A stretch of 62,127 nucleotides of DNA from an uncultured Halobacteria archaeon (GTDB lineage: Archaea; Halobacteriota; Syntropharchaeia; Alkanophagales; Methanospirareceae), in NCBI GenBank assembly GCA_964443855.1, contig CAYUEX010000001.1, forward strand, positions 1 through 62,127, read 5' to 3'. The notes beneath the pieces are model-generated. The model saw only the letters and a program-made list of their open reading frames with translations. It made no database searches and was not told the DNA's origin. Numbering within the stretch: the stretch's first letter is position 1; the number at the start of each line of letters is the position of its first letter. The translations under genes were made by a program, and so were the position numbers. Shown piece after piece: positions 1 to 8,938 of this stretch.

Positions 1-1922
1 GCAATCGCCAGGTCATCACCAATAACGACGTCAGCAAGCGAATAGAGCGCTACTTCAGCCTTTCCAACAGTTAGTTTCACCACTTTCATAAAATCATCGC
101 TGCCTGCGGCTTCGGTACTTGCATCTAAAAGAACATCTTTTATCTGCTCTTGTGTCTTTGCTCCAAGCGTGCTGAGGTCTCCACCCAGATAGTTATCCGC
201 AATGCCAGTCAGCAAATCCACAGTCTCTATCTCATCATATATCTGGTTCTTTCCCGGTGTAAGCACGAACGCGAGATACATTCCGGTATCAGCATCCTCT
301 TGAACGTCAATATCAATTGACCACGTATTCGTGCTGCCGCTTACTGTTGCAGTTTCATAAATGACGCCACTGGGAAGACCGTTCTCCGCGGAATTCGTGG
401 GATTCATGCCGTTTCCACCCCCGTCTTTCGGTGCCACAATGAGAATGTCCACCACTTTCGGTCCCAGTGCCGTACCGCTGAGCGTAAATGAATCTCCAGG
501 CGAAACGAGCGAAACAGAGGAGTCTGCAGTCAAGCTACCGGTCACCAGCAACACCATAACTGAGCCGTCATCGTCGATTCCCGAAACATCCTCTCCCAGG
601 GAAAATGCTCCATCTATAAACGCCTTTATCTTTATGGCGTCTTCCGCACCCGTTCCCGGCGTATCGGGAGTGGCCAATTTCGCCTCAAACGCACCGTCAT
701 TATCTATCGCGGCATTCACTTTCACAATGACGTCGTCAATGGCAATATCAACTGTTTTTCCGGTGTTCGCCGTACCGTTAACCACGAGGTCCGCCCCGAT
801 TGCGCACGTCTCGGGCATCGAGAATGTCACTTTCTTCTTTGAAACCGCTAGATCAACGGAATACTCCGTTTCACTGTCCAAATCCCTTACTGTCACCGTG
901 TACGAGCCGATCTTGTCAAAATAGACCACGTATTCCATCTTGCCCTCGGCGCCTATTTTGTCGGTAAAGTTGCCGTTTGTGAGTGAGGAGGGGTTGTCGT
1001 TTATGCTAGCTGGAAACCAAGCATGTTCAGCACCCCTCTCTACGAAAATGGAAATGTTGTGATCTCGAATGCCGCCGTCCACCGTCAGTTTCACCTTTTC
1101 AGACACCACCACTTCCGTCTTCTTTGCCTCTATCTTAAGTTCTGGGCTCTTTATTTCCAATTCTACTTCGTTACTTTCTTTGTCCAACCCACGTGCATAA
1201 TCAGTTTCAGTGCAAACTTTGAATTTCCAAGTTCCGAGTTCCCATCCACTCGTTTCCATTTCCATATTCGCGACGTAATAAACATTGACGACCTGATTGG
1301 AATCAGAATCACCGAAGATAGTATTATCATCAGGATTTACTTTTATTGTATCTCCATTGGGGTCGATTACCTTCAAGATTACGCCGTCGTTATCGTCTAA
1401 GGATGAGGTAAACTTTACCGTGATTCGAGTGCCTTGCGTAACTTCGCCTATTGTTGTGGTACCGCTCTTCAATTTCAACTCCATTTTTGTTTCACCGAGG
1501 CTGACCACCGTCGCATTGCATCCTATAGCATCAGGTTCGGCCGTGACGTTATAATCGCCGGTTTTCATTCCCGATGTACGAAATCTTCCCTTAGTATCTG
1601 AGTATTTTATCTCACCTGCGTTATTTTCACTCAGCCCGGTCAACGTTACCTTTCCCGAAGCTTCACCCGTAGCATTGTAGAACTGTAGCTCCTGACCAAC
1701 AATTGCCGAGGACTTGGTTCCATCCAGCCAGATGGTAACATTGTCGTAGTTAACGTCAAAATCCTGGCCGTAGCTTGTAATCGTCTGCGGCGTTGGCTGG
1801 ACTGTTTTTGCCAATACGGATGGCATTACGGCCCCGAAGGCAAGGCCCATCACCACTGCGATTATAACAGCTCCTACCGTTACGCTTTTCGTTTTCACCC
1901 CTCCCTTTTTAACACTTTTCAT
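1..1922 (-). CDS. Secreted cell-surface (S-layer-like) protein, N-terminal ~640 aa; gene continues past the left edge
   Basis: Minus-strand ATG at 1922-1920 with AGGTGA about 9 nt upstream. The product starts MKSVKKGGVKTKSVTVGAVIIAVVMGLAFGAVMPSVLAKT (signal/anchor), followed by T/D/G/V-rich beta-type sequence. The frame stayed open to position 1 in my hand translation. The + strand track ORFs 361-1554 are its antisense shadows. It is absent from the track because it has no stop inside the window. Confidence 0.6.
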   Translation of the reverse strand, partial: MKSVKKGGVKTKSVTVGAVIIAVVMGLAFGAVMPSVLAKTVQPTPQTITSYGQDFDVNYDNVTIWLDGTKSSAIVGQELQFYNATGEASGKVTLTGLSENNAGEIKYSDTKGRFRTSGMKTGDYNVTAEPDAIGCNATVVSLGETKMELKLKSGTTTIGEVTQGTRITVKFTSSLDDNDGVILKVIDPNGDTIKVNPDDNTIFGDSDSNQVVNVYYVANMEMETSGWELGTWKFKVCTETDYARGLDKESNEVELEIKSPELKIEAKKTEVVVSEKVKLTVDGGIRDHNISIFVERGAEHAWFPASINDNPSSLTNGNFTDKIGAEGKMEYVVYFDKIGSYTVTVRDLDSETEYSVDLAVSKKKVTFSMPETCAIGADLVVNGTANTGKTVDIAIDDVIVKVNAAIDNDGAFEAKLATPDTPGTGAEDAIKIKAFIDGAFSLGEDVSGIDDDGSVMVLLVTGSLTADSSVSLVSPGDSFTLSGTALGPKVVDILIVAPKDGGGNGMNPTNSAENGLPSGVIYETATVSGSTNTWSIDIDVQEDADTGMYLAFVLTPGKNQIYDEIETVDLLTGIADNYLGGDLSTLGAKTQEQIKDVLLDASTEAAGSDDFMKVVKLTVGKAEVALYSLADVVIGDDLAI

Positions 1923-2052
1923 TTATTAGTTCACCTCTGAGTATTATATTTTGGTAATTAGGTATATTAAGTAATACTTAAAAGGCTTCCCATTTTATCA
2001 AAACCATGCATATTTAAATAAAGGAATACGAGAAACATAAATAATAGGTATT

Positions 2053-3246
2053 TTGTATGAAAAAAGGAGGGATAAAGAGTTGAAGAAAAAAAGCGGAAGG
2101 CGGGAGAAACTGATGCTATTGCCTTTTTTTGCGCTGTTAGTAACTGCTGCTTTACTTGCGGGAACGGTTACGACAGTGCAGGCCGCGGAAGTAGCGGGAG
2201 TAATGAGATATGCGCCAGCCGGGCCTGCGCCTCTGGCTGAGTTCGATGTCAGACTAGCAATAACCGGTGAACTTCCTCTGGTCGTTGGTATTGTTGAGAC
2301 GATTCCTGAGGGATTCAGCTTTGTGAGTACAAAGTATGACCATTATGATGTTTCAGGGCAGGAAGTTGCTTTCGCCGTGATTAATACAACGGAGATAACG
2401 TACAGAGTAAAGGCACCATCTTCTGGTGAGGGCACGTTTACCGGAACATGGACTGACCTGCTCAGTGAGAATAGCGGGAACATCGCGGATACCATCGTTA
2501 TCGTGGGCGGTGCCGGTGCCGGTGCGATAGGAGATGACACTACATCAACACCGACCCCAGCACCAGCGGCTCCTGCGGTGACAAAAACGTCTCGGCTCGT
2601 GCCTGTGCTGAAAGCAGGAGTAGAAGTAGCAATGGTATTCGAGGATATGGATGTGGCAATGATCGCACTTACAGCGGATACCGATGTGAGCGATGCAAAG
2701 GTCGAGGTCGAACGAGTAAAGAAGTCTGCAGGGATACCGGGGCCGTCAGGCATGGCATACGCGTTTCTCGAGATAGAAGTGGAAAATACTGAAGGGGCAC
2801 AGCTAGAAGGGCGAATTGAGTGCAAGGTACTGAAATCGTGGATTGCGGATAACAATATTGACGAGACAACGGTCACCCTGTGTAGATATGATGAAGCTGA
2901 AGGATGGCAAGTCCTCACTACGTCTAAAACAGGCGAAGACGCTGATTTCGTGTATTTTGAAGCAGTGACTCCAGGTTTTTCACTGTTTGCCATCACTGGT
3001 GAGAGGGCAGCAGCGGAAACGCCACCATCGGTTGCTACGCCAACCGCAACGCCGGGAACAATGCAAATGCCAAATCCTGCGGCAACACCACTGCCAGTGC
3101 CCACAGCACCACCACCACTGGCCACGACCACACCGGCCTCTGAGTTGCCGGGTTTCGAAGCGATTGTTACAGCGATATCACTGCTCATCGTGTGTCTGTT
3201 TGTGGTTGTATTGAGGAATAAAGAACGAGGAGGAAGTGAGGAATGA
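2053..3246 (+). CDS. Surface protein with PGF-pre-PGF-like domain and PGF-CTERM (archaeosortase) sorting signal
   Basis: Signal peptide ends ...LLAGTVTTVQA. There are Thr/Pro-rich linkers. The C-terminus ...PASELPGFEAIVTAISLLIVCLFVVVLRNKER has a PGF motif, a TM helix and a basic tail. The true start is more likely TTG 2080 (GGAGG 9 nt upstream) or ATG 2113. Confidence 0.75.
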   Translation: MYEKRRDKELKKKSGRREKLMLLPFFALLVTAALLAGTVTTVQAAEVAGVMRYAPAGPAPLAEFDVRLAITGELPLVVGIVETIPEGFSFVSTKYDHYDVSGQEVAFAVINTTEITYRVKAPSSGEGTFTGTWTDLLSENSGNIADTIVIVGGAGAGAIGDDTTSTPTPAPAAPAVTKTSRLVPVLKAGVEVAMVFEDMDVAMIALTADTDVSDAKVEVERVKKSAGIPGPSGMAYAFLEIEVENTEGAQLEGRIECKVLKSWIADNNIDETTVTLCRYDEAEGWQVLTTSKTGEDADFVYFEAVTPGFSLFAITGERAAAETPPSVATPTATPGTMQMPNPAATPLPVPTAPPPLATTTPASELPGFEAIVTAISLLIVCLFVVVLRNKERGGSEE

Positions 3247-4454
3247 GAAAATTGTTAACGTGTCTACTCGTAATGGCACTTTTAGCGGCTACAGTGCCGA
3301 TGACGGTTATGCCGGTCGCTGCAGCGGGGATACCGGGAGACCAGGATGGAGATAAGATCGTATCAGAAGATGAACTTGTTGATTCTATCATGGCATATAT
3401 GAAGGGCGAATATCTTGGAGAAAACGTAGAACACCTTGATTTAACCGAGCTGAGAGAGGTTGCGCACATCCATGTGTATTACCCGAGGCCAATCACTGAT
3501 TCTGCTGACCGAGAGGTAACGATATATAAACCGATTAAAAGGAGTGTCATATTTAATGGCGAGGCTATCGAAACGCTGGCATCAATTAAAGCAACGGATA
3601 GCATCGTCGGGGTGAATAAATATACTGCCGGGGACATACTCCAGAAGGATAGATTTGGTGATCTTCCCAGTGTGGGCTCAGTGTGGGGTCCGGACTACGA
3701 GGCTTTATTGAGCCTCGAACCAGATGTTGTCTTTCTTTACGCTAGCCTCTCGATATCTTCCTGCGATGCAATCCAGGACACGCTAGTAAATGACTATCAT
3801 ATTACCGTGATTCGTCTCGATTGTTATCTACCAGAAAGCTACGTGGAGGAGGTGCAAGAACTGGGGTATCTCTACGAAAAGGAAGAAGAAGCAGAAGAGT
3901 TCATCGATTTCTACGAGGGGTTCATGAGCACCATTGAGGCTGAAGTGGGCGATATCCCAGAAGAGGAGAAACCAAAAGTGTACTTTGAGTGTTACAAAGA
4001 CTATAAAACCGCGGGCGAAGGCTCGGGCTGGGCTCAAAAGCTCGAACTTGCCGGTGGTAACAACATCTTCAGTGATGTGGACTATTATACGGAGATAGAT
4101 CCAGAGACTATGATAGCGCGAAACCCGGAGGTCATCATTCGAGTTCCTGATTATTATGCAGGCGGCTATGACTGTCATGATATAACGGAGCTGAGCGATG
4201 TAAGAGAAGCGATCATGAACCGTGAGGAACTTGCTAATGTTACCGCAGTAACGAACGAGAGCGGACATGTTTACATCCTTGCCAACGATTTTGGAGGAGT
4301 TAGACACTTTGTTGGCATAGGGTACATAGCAAAGTGGCTGTATCCCAATAAATTCAAGGAGTTGAAACCACAGGAAATACACAAACAATATTTAACAGAA
4401 TTCCAGGGATTGAGTGGCAGCTTGGTGGACGACGGTGTATTCGCATATCCTTAA
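3243..4454 (+). CDS. ABC transporter substrate-binding protein, FecB/BtuF (iron-siderophore/cobalamin) type
   Basis: Signal peptide MRKLLTCLLVMALLAATVPMTVMPVAAAG. The body looks like a periplasmic binding protein (…DSIVGVN.Y…LEPDVVF…NPEVII…). It overlaps the upstream stop by 4 nt. FecCD permease and ATPase genes lie downstream. Confidence 0.75.
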   Translation: MRKLLTCLLVMALLAATVPMTVMPVAAAGIPGDQDGDKIVSEDELVDSIMAYMKGEYLGENVEHLDLTELREVAHIHVYYPRPITDSADREVTIYKPIKRSVIFNGEAIETLASIKATDSIVGVNKYTAGDILQKDRFGDLPSVGSVWGPDYEALLSLEPDVVFLYASLSISSCDAIQDTLVNDYHITVIRLDCYLPESYVEEVQELGYLYEKEEEAEEFIDFYEGFMSTIEAEVGDIPEEEKPKVYFECYKDYKTAGEGSGWAQKLELAGGNNIFSDVDYYTEIDPETMIARNPEVIIRVPDYYAGGYDCHDITELSDVREAIMNREELANVTAVTNESGHVYILANDFGGVRHFVGIGYIAKWLYPNKFKELKPQEIHKQYLTEFQGLSGSLVDDGVFAYP

Positions 4455-4578
4455 AATGGTGATGGAAAAGTGGTCGGGTAACAGGTGAGTATATCAGTTT
4501 AGCGGGGGGGGCTGTAGTGGCGTTAGGGGTAGCATCATTCTGCTACAACGCTCACGGTAAAGGATGCTTTGGCAATGC

Positions 4579-4600
4579 AAGAGGGCCAATTGGCCCTCTT
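4579..4600. repeat. Perfect 22-nt palindrome AAGAGGGCCAATTGGCCCTCTT downstream of the binding-protein gene
   Basis: Read directly from the sequence; the string is identical to its own reverse complement. It could be a hairpin/terminator or a dimeric protein-binding site. Confidence 0.5.
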
Positions 4601-4753
4601 AGCGATGTCAATCAATCAACAGATTGCGGAGCTATATATGTGTGCACGACGAGACCAGAGTGTGCGCCTAGAACCCCTTTATGAGGGGAGGTAAGGTTTT
4701 TCTCGGATTCCGATATAGAAAGAGAGGGATAAACGTAAGTTTAAGTAGGGCAC

Positions 4754-4837
4754 ATGAACGAATTCAACGAGTGCAGGTTAGATTATGCAAATGGAACTGC
4801 GGCGCGAATAGACGCGAGGGAGTATAAAGACTTATGA
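4754..4837 (+). pseudogene. Decayed duplicate of the 5' end of the radical SAM gene at 5923
   Basis: 4763-4777 equals 5938-5952 (15 nt). 4796-4822 equals 5966-5992 (27 nt). The spacer differs (18 vs 13 nt), so the second block is out of frame. What remains is a 27-codon ORF, MNEFNECRLDYANGTAARIDAREYKDL*. Confidence 0.55.
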
Positions 4838-5035
4838 GCGTTCGAAAGGAACTCAGGATTCCATGAGAGGCGAGTGTGATGATGCACTGCGATGGCACAG
4901 TACCGCCGGGGCTTCAATGCAGGAACGAAGAAGGGGCGCTCATAGGATTGTGGTTCTTCCGCAAAGCCTTTGGAGAGCAACGTAGCAACTCGCGAGGACG
5001 CGCACTGTTACCACGCGATGAAGGAGCGAAACTAA

Positions 5036-5857
5036 ATGTCAACAATCGGCACTAGATATGTCCCGTTTATCTCTCTGTCCCCATCGGGACCGAAATCGCA
5101 CGCTATTATCACACTTGCTGGCTGTAATTTTCGATGCCGTGGCTGTTTCAGTTCTGCACGTCAATTGATTGGTCAACCAATGAGCGTTGATGAATTAGTT
5201 AAGTTAATCGAAATGTCGTGCGATTGTTACCAGGTATCTCCCGAAAAGGCCAAAATAACGGGTGGCGAGCCCACATTGAACAAGGAATTTCTCATTGCTC
5301 TCGTGCAGAAGCTCAAAGAACACGGATACGGAGATCTGCTATTATCAACAAATGGCTCTTTATTAGATCGGGAATATGTAACGGATCTAAAGGATGCGGG
5401 TCTTACTGAAGTTGCGCTCGACATGAAGGCATATACCAATTCAATACATCAGTGGTATACCGGTAGGTCTAACCATGCCGTCTTGATGGCGGTGAAGAAT
5501 CTCTGGGAGTGCGGCCTGGATTTTCACGTTGAGACCGTGTTGATACCCGGCATTGTTGATTGTGAGGAGATAGAGCACATCGCTGCCTTTTTGGCGCGCA
5601 TTGACCGAGGAATCAGATACAAAATCACCAAGTTTGGCGCTGAATATGCAAAGGAGAAAATAGCAAGAAGGCCGACCGATAAAGAAGTACAACGCGCAGT
5701 TGAATGCGCTTTGCAGCATTTAAAAACAGTCACTGGGGGATTAGCATGCAGTGAGCAACATGACTCGTCTCAGAAAACGTTCAGTGCACTGATCCGCGTT
5801 TATCCAGCCATGGATGTCGTTGTTTACTATCCCCGACCCCGTACTCTGGAGGGTTAA
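5036..5857 (+). CDS. Radical SAM protein (small PflA/activase-like, COG1180-type)
   Basis: CX3CX2C motif in ITLAGCNFRCRGCF. A GGEPT-type SAM-binding motif (KITGGEPTLN). GGAG RBS upstream of the ATG. Confidence 0.7.
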   Translation: MSTIGTRYVPFISLSPSGPKSHAIITLAGCNFRCRGCFSSARQLIGQPMSVDELVKLIEMSCDCYQVSPEKAKITGGEPTLNKEFLIALVQKLKEHGYGDLLLSTNGSLLDREYVTDLKDAGLTEVALDMKAYTNSIHQWYTGRSNHAVLMAVKNLWECGLDFHVETVLIPGIVDCEEIEHIAAFLARIDRGIRYKITKFGAEYAKEKIARRPTDKEVQRAVECALQHLKTVTGGLACSEQHDSSQKTFSALIRVYPAMDVVVYYPRPRTLEG

Positions 5858-5922
5858 TATGTGATCGGTGCAGTAGTAAAAAGAAAGGAAAAAAATTACA
5901 AGAAGGAGCGGAATCGATAATC

Positions 5923-6900
5923 ATGAGCATGAAGGAGTTCAACGAGTGCAGGCTATGTGAGTGGGACTGCGGCGCGAATAGACGCGAGGGAGAGACGGGC
6001 GTGTGCAATGTAAAAATGCCCGAGATTGCCTATACCTGCCTGGCGGAATCCCTTGAAAGTTACTCAATCACCTTACTCGGCTGCAATTTCCGCTGCCTTT
6101 ACTGTAACGCGTATCGCTTATCGCAGTATCCTGATACCAACTGGTTTTATCGCGGCTATGTTGATCCACGCGAGTTGGCACACGAGGCAGTAGAGAAGCT
6201 AAACGCAGCAGGTATCGAGAAGCTGGGTTTTACCGGCGGAGAGCCAACCATACATCTCCCGTATATCGAAGAAGTGGTAAAAGAGGCGAGAAAATTGATG
6301 CCCAAACTCAAAGTAACCTTTACCACCAACGGATTTGCAACGGAAGCGACTATGAAACGGATTGTTGCCATGAGTTCTTTCATCACGCTGGAAATCAACG
6401 CATTTCATGATGATACGCATCTGGCGTTAAGTGGTGCTCCGGTTGCGCCGGTCTTACGAAACGTAGAATATCTTATCAAACATAAGGACAAAGTACGGGC
6501 GTTTAAGACCGTTGTGGTGCCGCAGATAAATGATTCAGAGATAAAGGAAATTGCGCAATTTATCGCCTCGTTTGATCCTTCGATACCGTATCACTTAATC
6601 GGATTTCGACCGAGTTTTATGTTGTATTACCATCCGGGACCGTCATCGAGCGAGCTGGAATCGATAGCGAGAAGATGCGAAAACTATTTGGAAACGGTTA
6701 AGTGGGGCGGCTTGTTCCCTCAGGAAAGCGTGTTCGATGACTCGGGAGCGCAACTGGCATTACGTTACGCGACATTAGCGGGATGCGTGAGAAAAGACAG
6801 GAACTGTGGGCTTTGTAGCAAGAATAAACACTGCCCTGCAATTTTACGAGAGCCGTGGCTGTGTAGGCCAAAGGAGCAAAGGGATAACGAGGGAATCTGA
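5923..6900 (+). CDS. Radical SAM protein (PflA-like, with N-terminal Cys-rich CxxCxxC...GxC motif)
   Basis: N-terminal ECRLCEWDCGANRREGETGVC. Radical SAM motif LLGCNFRCLYCNA. FTGGEPT motif. The stop lies 5 nt before the permease gene. Confidence 0.7.
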   Translation: MSMKEFNECRLCEWDCGANRREGETGVCNVKMPEIAYTCLAESLESYSITLLGCNFRCLYCNAYRLSQYPDTNWFYRGYVDPRELAHEAVEKLNAAGIEKLGFTGGEPTIHLPYIEEVVKEARKLMPKLKVTFTTNGFATEATMKRIVAMSSFITLEINAFHDDTHLALSGAPVAPVLRNVEYLIKHKDKVRAFKTVVVPQINDSEIKEIAQFIASFDPSIPYHLIGFRPSFMLYYHPGPSSSELESIARRCENYLETVKWGGLFPQESVFDDSGAQLALRYATLAGCVRKDRNCGLCSKNKHCPAILREPWLCRPKEQRDNEGI

Positions 6901-6905
6901 ATATA

Positions 6906-7985
6906 ATGAAACCAAGCGAAGCAGCAAGCGGTAAGGAAAGAAAGAATGAAGAGATAAGAGCGGATTACAAGAAGTTTATAGGACGGAAAGTGCTCTTTAT
7001 CTCGTTATCACTCGTCTTGATTGTTGTTATTGCGGGCATAGCGGCTACGCTTGGCTCGTATCAGATCGCGGTTGCCGAGGTATATGCCATCATATGGCAC
7101 GGGCTCTTTCACAACCCGGAAACGACCAAAGAACTGGTCATTTGGAACCTGAGACTCCCCCGCATCGTCATGGGTATTTTAGCGGGCATTGGACTCGCAA
7201 TTGCCGGGACAACAATGCAGGGAGTGGTACGAAACCCGTTGGCCAGTCCGTACACCTTAGGAATTGCGTCTGCCGCAGGATTTGGCGCTGCACTGGCCAT
7301 CATTCTCGGTGCGGGTTTTGTTACCGGTAAATATCTCATAATAGCCAATGCATTCGTTTTCGCTTTGTGCTCCTCGTTTATCATATACGGGTTATCGCGC
7401 TACAAAGGATCAACACCGGAAACGATGATTTTAGCGGGTATCGCATTGATGTATTTATTCTCCGCAATGACCGGGGTTTTACAATATCTTGGAAAGGAAG
7501 AGGCTGTGGCAGAAGTAGTATACTGGATGTTCGGCAGTCTTGGAAGAGCGTCATGGGATAATCTTCCCATCGTGTTCGCGGTTCTTGCCGTCTGCGTGCC
7601 ACTGCTCATGCTGAAATCATGGGACTTGAACACACTGAGTGCTGGTGACGATAGTGCAAAGAGCCTCGGTGTAAACGTTGATCAGACCCGCGTTATGTGT
7701 TTTATGCTCGCATCGTTCGTCACTGCAGGCATTATTTGCTTCACGGGTACTATCGGATTCATCGGCTTGGTCGCGCCACACATCTGCCGCATGGTGATCG
7801 GCGGCGATAATCGCTATTTAATTCCTGCGTCGGGGCTGTTCGGTGCCGTTATTTTACTGAGCGCCGATACCGTTGCCCGAAGAATCATCGCACCTACTAT
7901 TCTACCCGTAGGCTTAGTTACCGCCTTCATGGGCGTTCCGTTGTTCCTGTACTTAATTTTGAGAAGACGGAGGGAATATTGGTAA
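6906..7985 (+). CDS. ABC transporter permease, FecCD/BtuC family
   Basis: Polytopic membrane protein with typical FecCD strings (RLPRI, GxxLAxAG..MQG..RNPLASPY.LG, IGFIGLVAPH..R). Confidence 0.85.
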   Translation: MKPSEAASGKERKNEEIRADYKKFIGRKVLFISLSLVLIVVIAGIAATLGSYQIAVAEVYAIIWHGLFHNPETTKELVIWNLRLPRIVMGILAGIGLAIAGTTMQGVVRNPLASPYTLGIASAAGFGAALAIILGAGFVTGKYLIIANAFVFALCSSFIIYGLSRYKGSTPETMILAGIALMYLFSAMTGVLQYLGKEEAVAEVVYWMFGSLGRASWDNLPIVFAVLAVCVPLLMLKSWDLNTLSAGDDSAKSLGVNVDQTRVMCFMLASFVTAGIICFTGTIGFIGLVAPHICRMVIGGDNRYLIPASGLFGAVILLSADTVARRIIAPTILPVGLVTAFMGVPLFLYLILRRRREYW

Positions 7986-8014
7986 GGTAGGCAAGGTAAG
8001 GCAAGCACAACGAG

Positions 8015-8809
8015 ATGGTGAAACTAAAGGTAACGGATGTCGCATTCAACTATGCAAACGTGCCGGTACTCAAAGACGTGAGCATAGCGGTGGAGACAAC
8101 GGAGTTTTTAGGCGTGTTAGGTCCCAACGGTGCGGGTAAGTCAACACTCCTGAAATGTATCGATCGAATCATCAGTCCACAGAAAGGGAGTATTGTGCTT
8201 GATGGTCAGGATATAAAGGAGATGAGTCGGATAGAACTTGCTAAAAAGATCGGTTACATCCCGCAAAGTCTCTCGCACGCGTTCTCCGCTACTGTCTTTG
8301 ATGCTGTTCTTATGGGTAGACGCCCGCATCTCAGCTGGCGAACGAGCGAAAAGGATACCGAAGCGGTCTTGGATACGCTGCACATGCTGCATATCGAGGA
8401 TCTTGCCATGCGTGACATTAATGAGCTGAGCGGCGGTCAGATGCAGAAAGTGTTCATTGCACGAGCGCTTACTCAAGACCCTGATGTGCTCTTGCTGGAC
8501 GAGCCCACGTCTAACCTTGATGTTCGACACCAGCTTGAAGTAATGCACACAATAAAAAGCATCGTGCGGAAGAAAGGGATTTCTGCGATCATGGCGATTC
8601 ACGACCTTAATTTGGCTGCACGATACGCAGATAGAATCGTAATGATGCACAACGGCACTATTTTCTCTGCTGGCGAGCCCGCGGCGGTCCTTACGGAGGA
8701 GAATATACAGCGTGTTTACGGTGTGGAGGCTGAGGTGTACCATAACAACGGGAAACTGTATATCGTGCCAACACGCGCGATAAAGCACAGTGACGGTAAA
8801 AGTGGATAA
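8015..8809 (+). CDS. ABC transporter ATP-binding protein (FepC/BtuD-like)
   Basis: Walker A GPNGAGKST, signature LSGGQMQ, Walker B LLLDEPTSNLD. Confidence 0.9.
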   Translation: MVKLKVTDVAFNYANVPVLKDVSIAVETTEFLGVLGPNGAGKSTLLKCIDRIISPQKGSIVLDGQDIKEMSRIELAKKIGYIPQSLSHAFSATVFDAVLMGRRPHLSWRTSEKDTEAVLDTLHMLHIEDLAMRDINELSGGQMQKVFIARALTQDPDVLLLDEPTSNLDVRHQLEVMHTIKSIVRKKGISAIMAIHDLNLAARYADRIVMMHNGTIFSAGEPAAVLTEENIQRVYGVEAEVYHNNGKLYIVPTRAIKHSDGKSG

Positions 8810-8938
8810 TTTTGTTTGAGCCGGAACAAAACGAGAACGCAGTTACTATCGCTACTAGTAAGAGAATAACCTGCAAACCACTCTTCGTGCTTCTTTTTCC
8901 CGTGACTGACGACTTTTACGAAGCAAACGGCGTTTTGA

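Noticed and set aside
361-1554. + strand ORFs 361-924, 1023-1400 and 1297-1554.
   Set aside because: They are shadows of the minus-strand surface-protein gene that runs from 1922 off the left edge.
2343-3188. Long ORFs antisense to clear genes. Examples: 2343-3188(-), 12578-13219(+), 29543-30130(-), 46587-47249(-), 49651-50160(-), 56480-57220(+), 8141-8788(-), 3828-4388(-).
   Set aside because: Each lies fully inside a gene with strong family motifs on the other strand. Their translations are low-complexity or Ser/Pro/Arg-rich, typical of shadow ORFs in moderately GC-rich coding DNA.
4455-5035. Possible cobalamin riboswitch between the BtuF/FecB-like gene and the radical SAM genes.
   Set aside because: I could not find a convincing B12 box or the conserved GGGAA...GGTG...CC / GCCACTG core. 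Such riboswitches are not established in archaea. Only the palindrome and the gene-fragment duplicate are solid.
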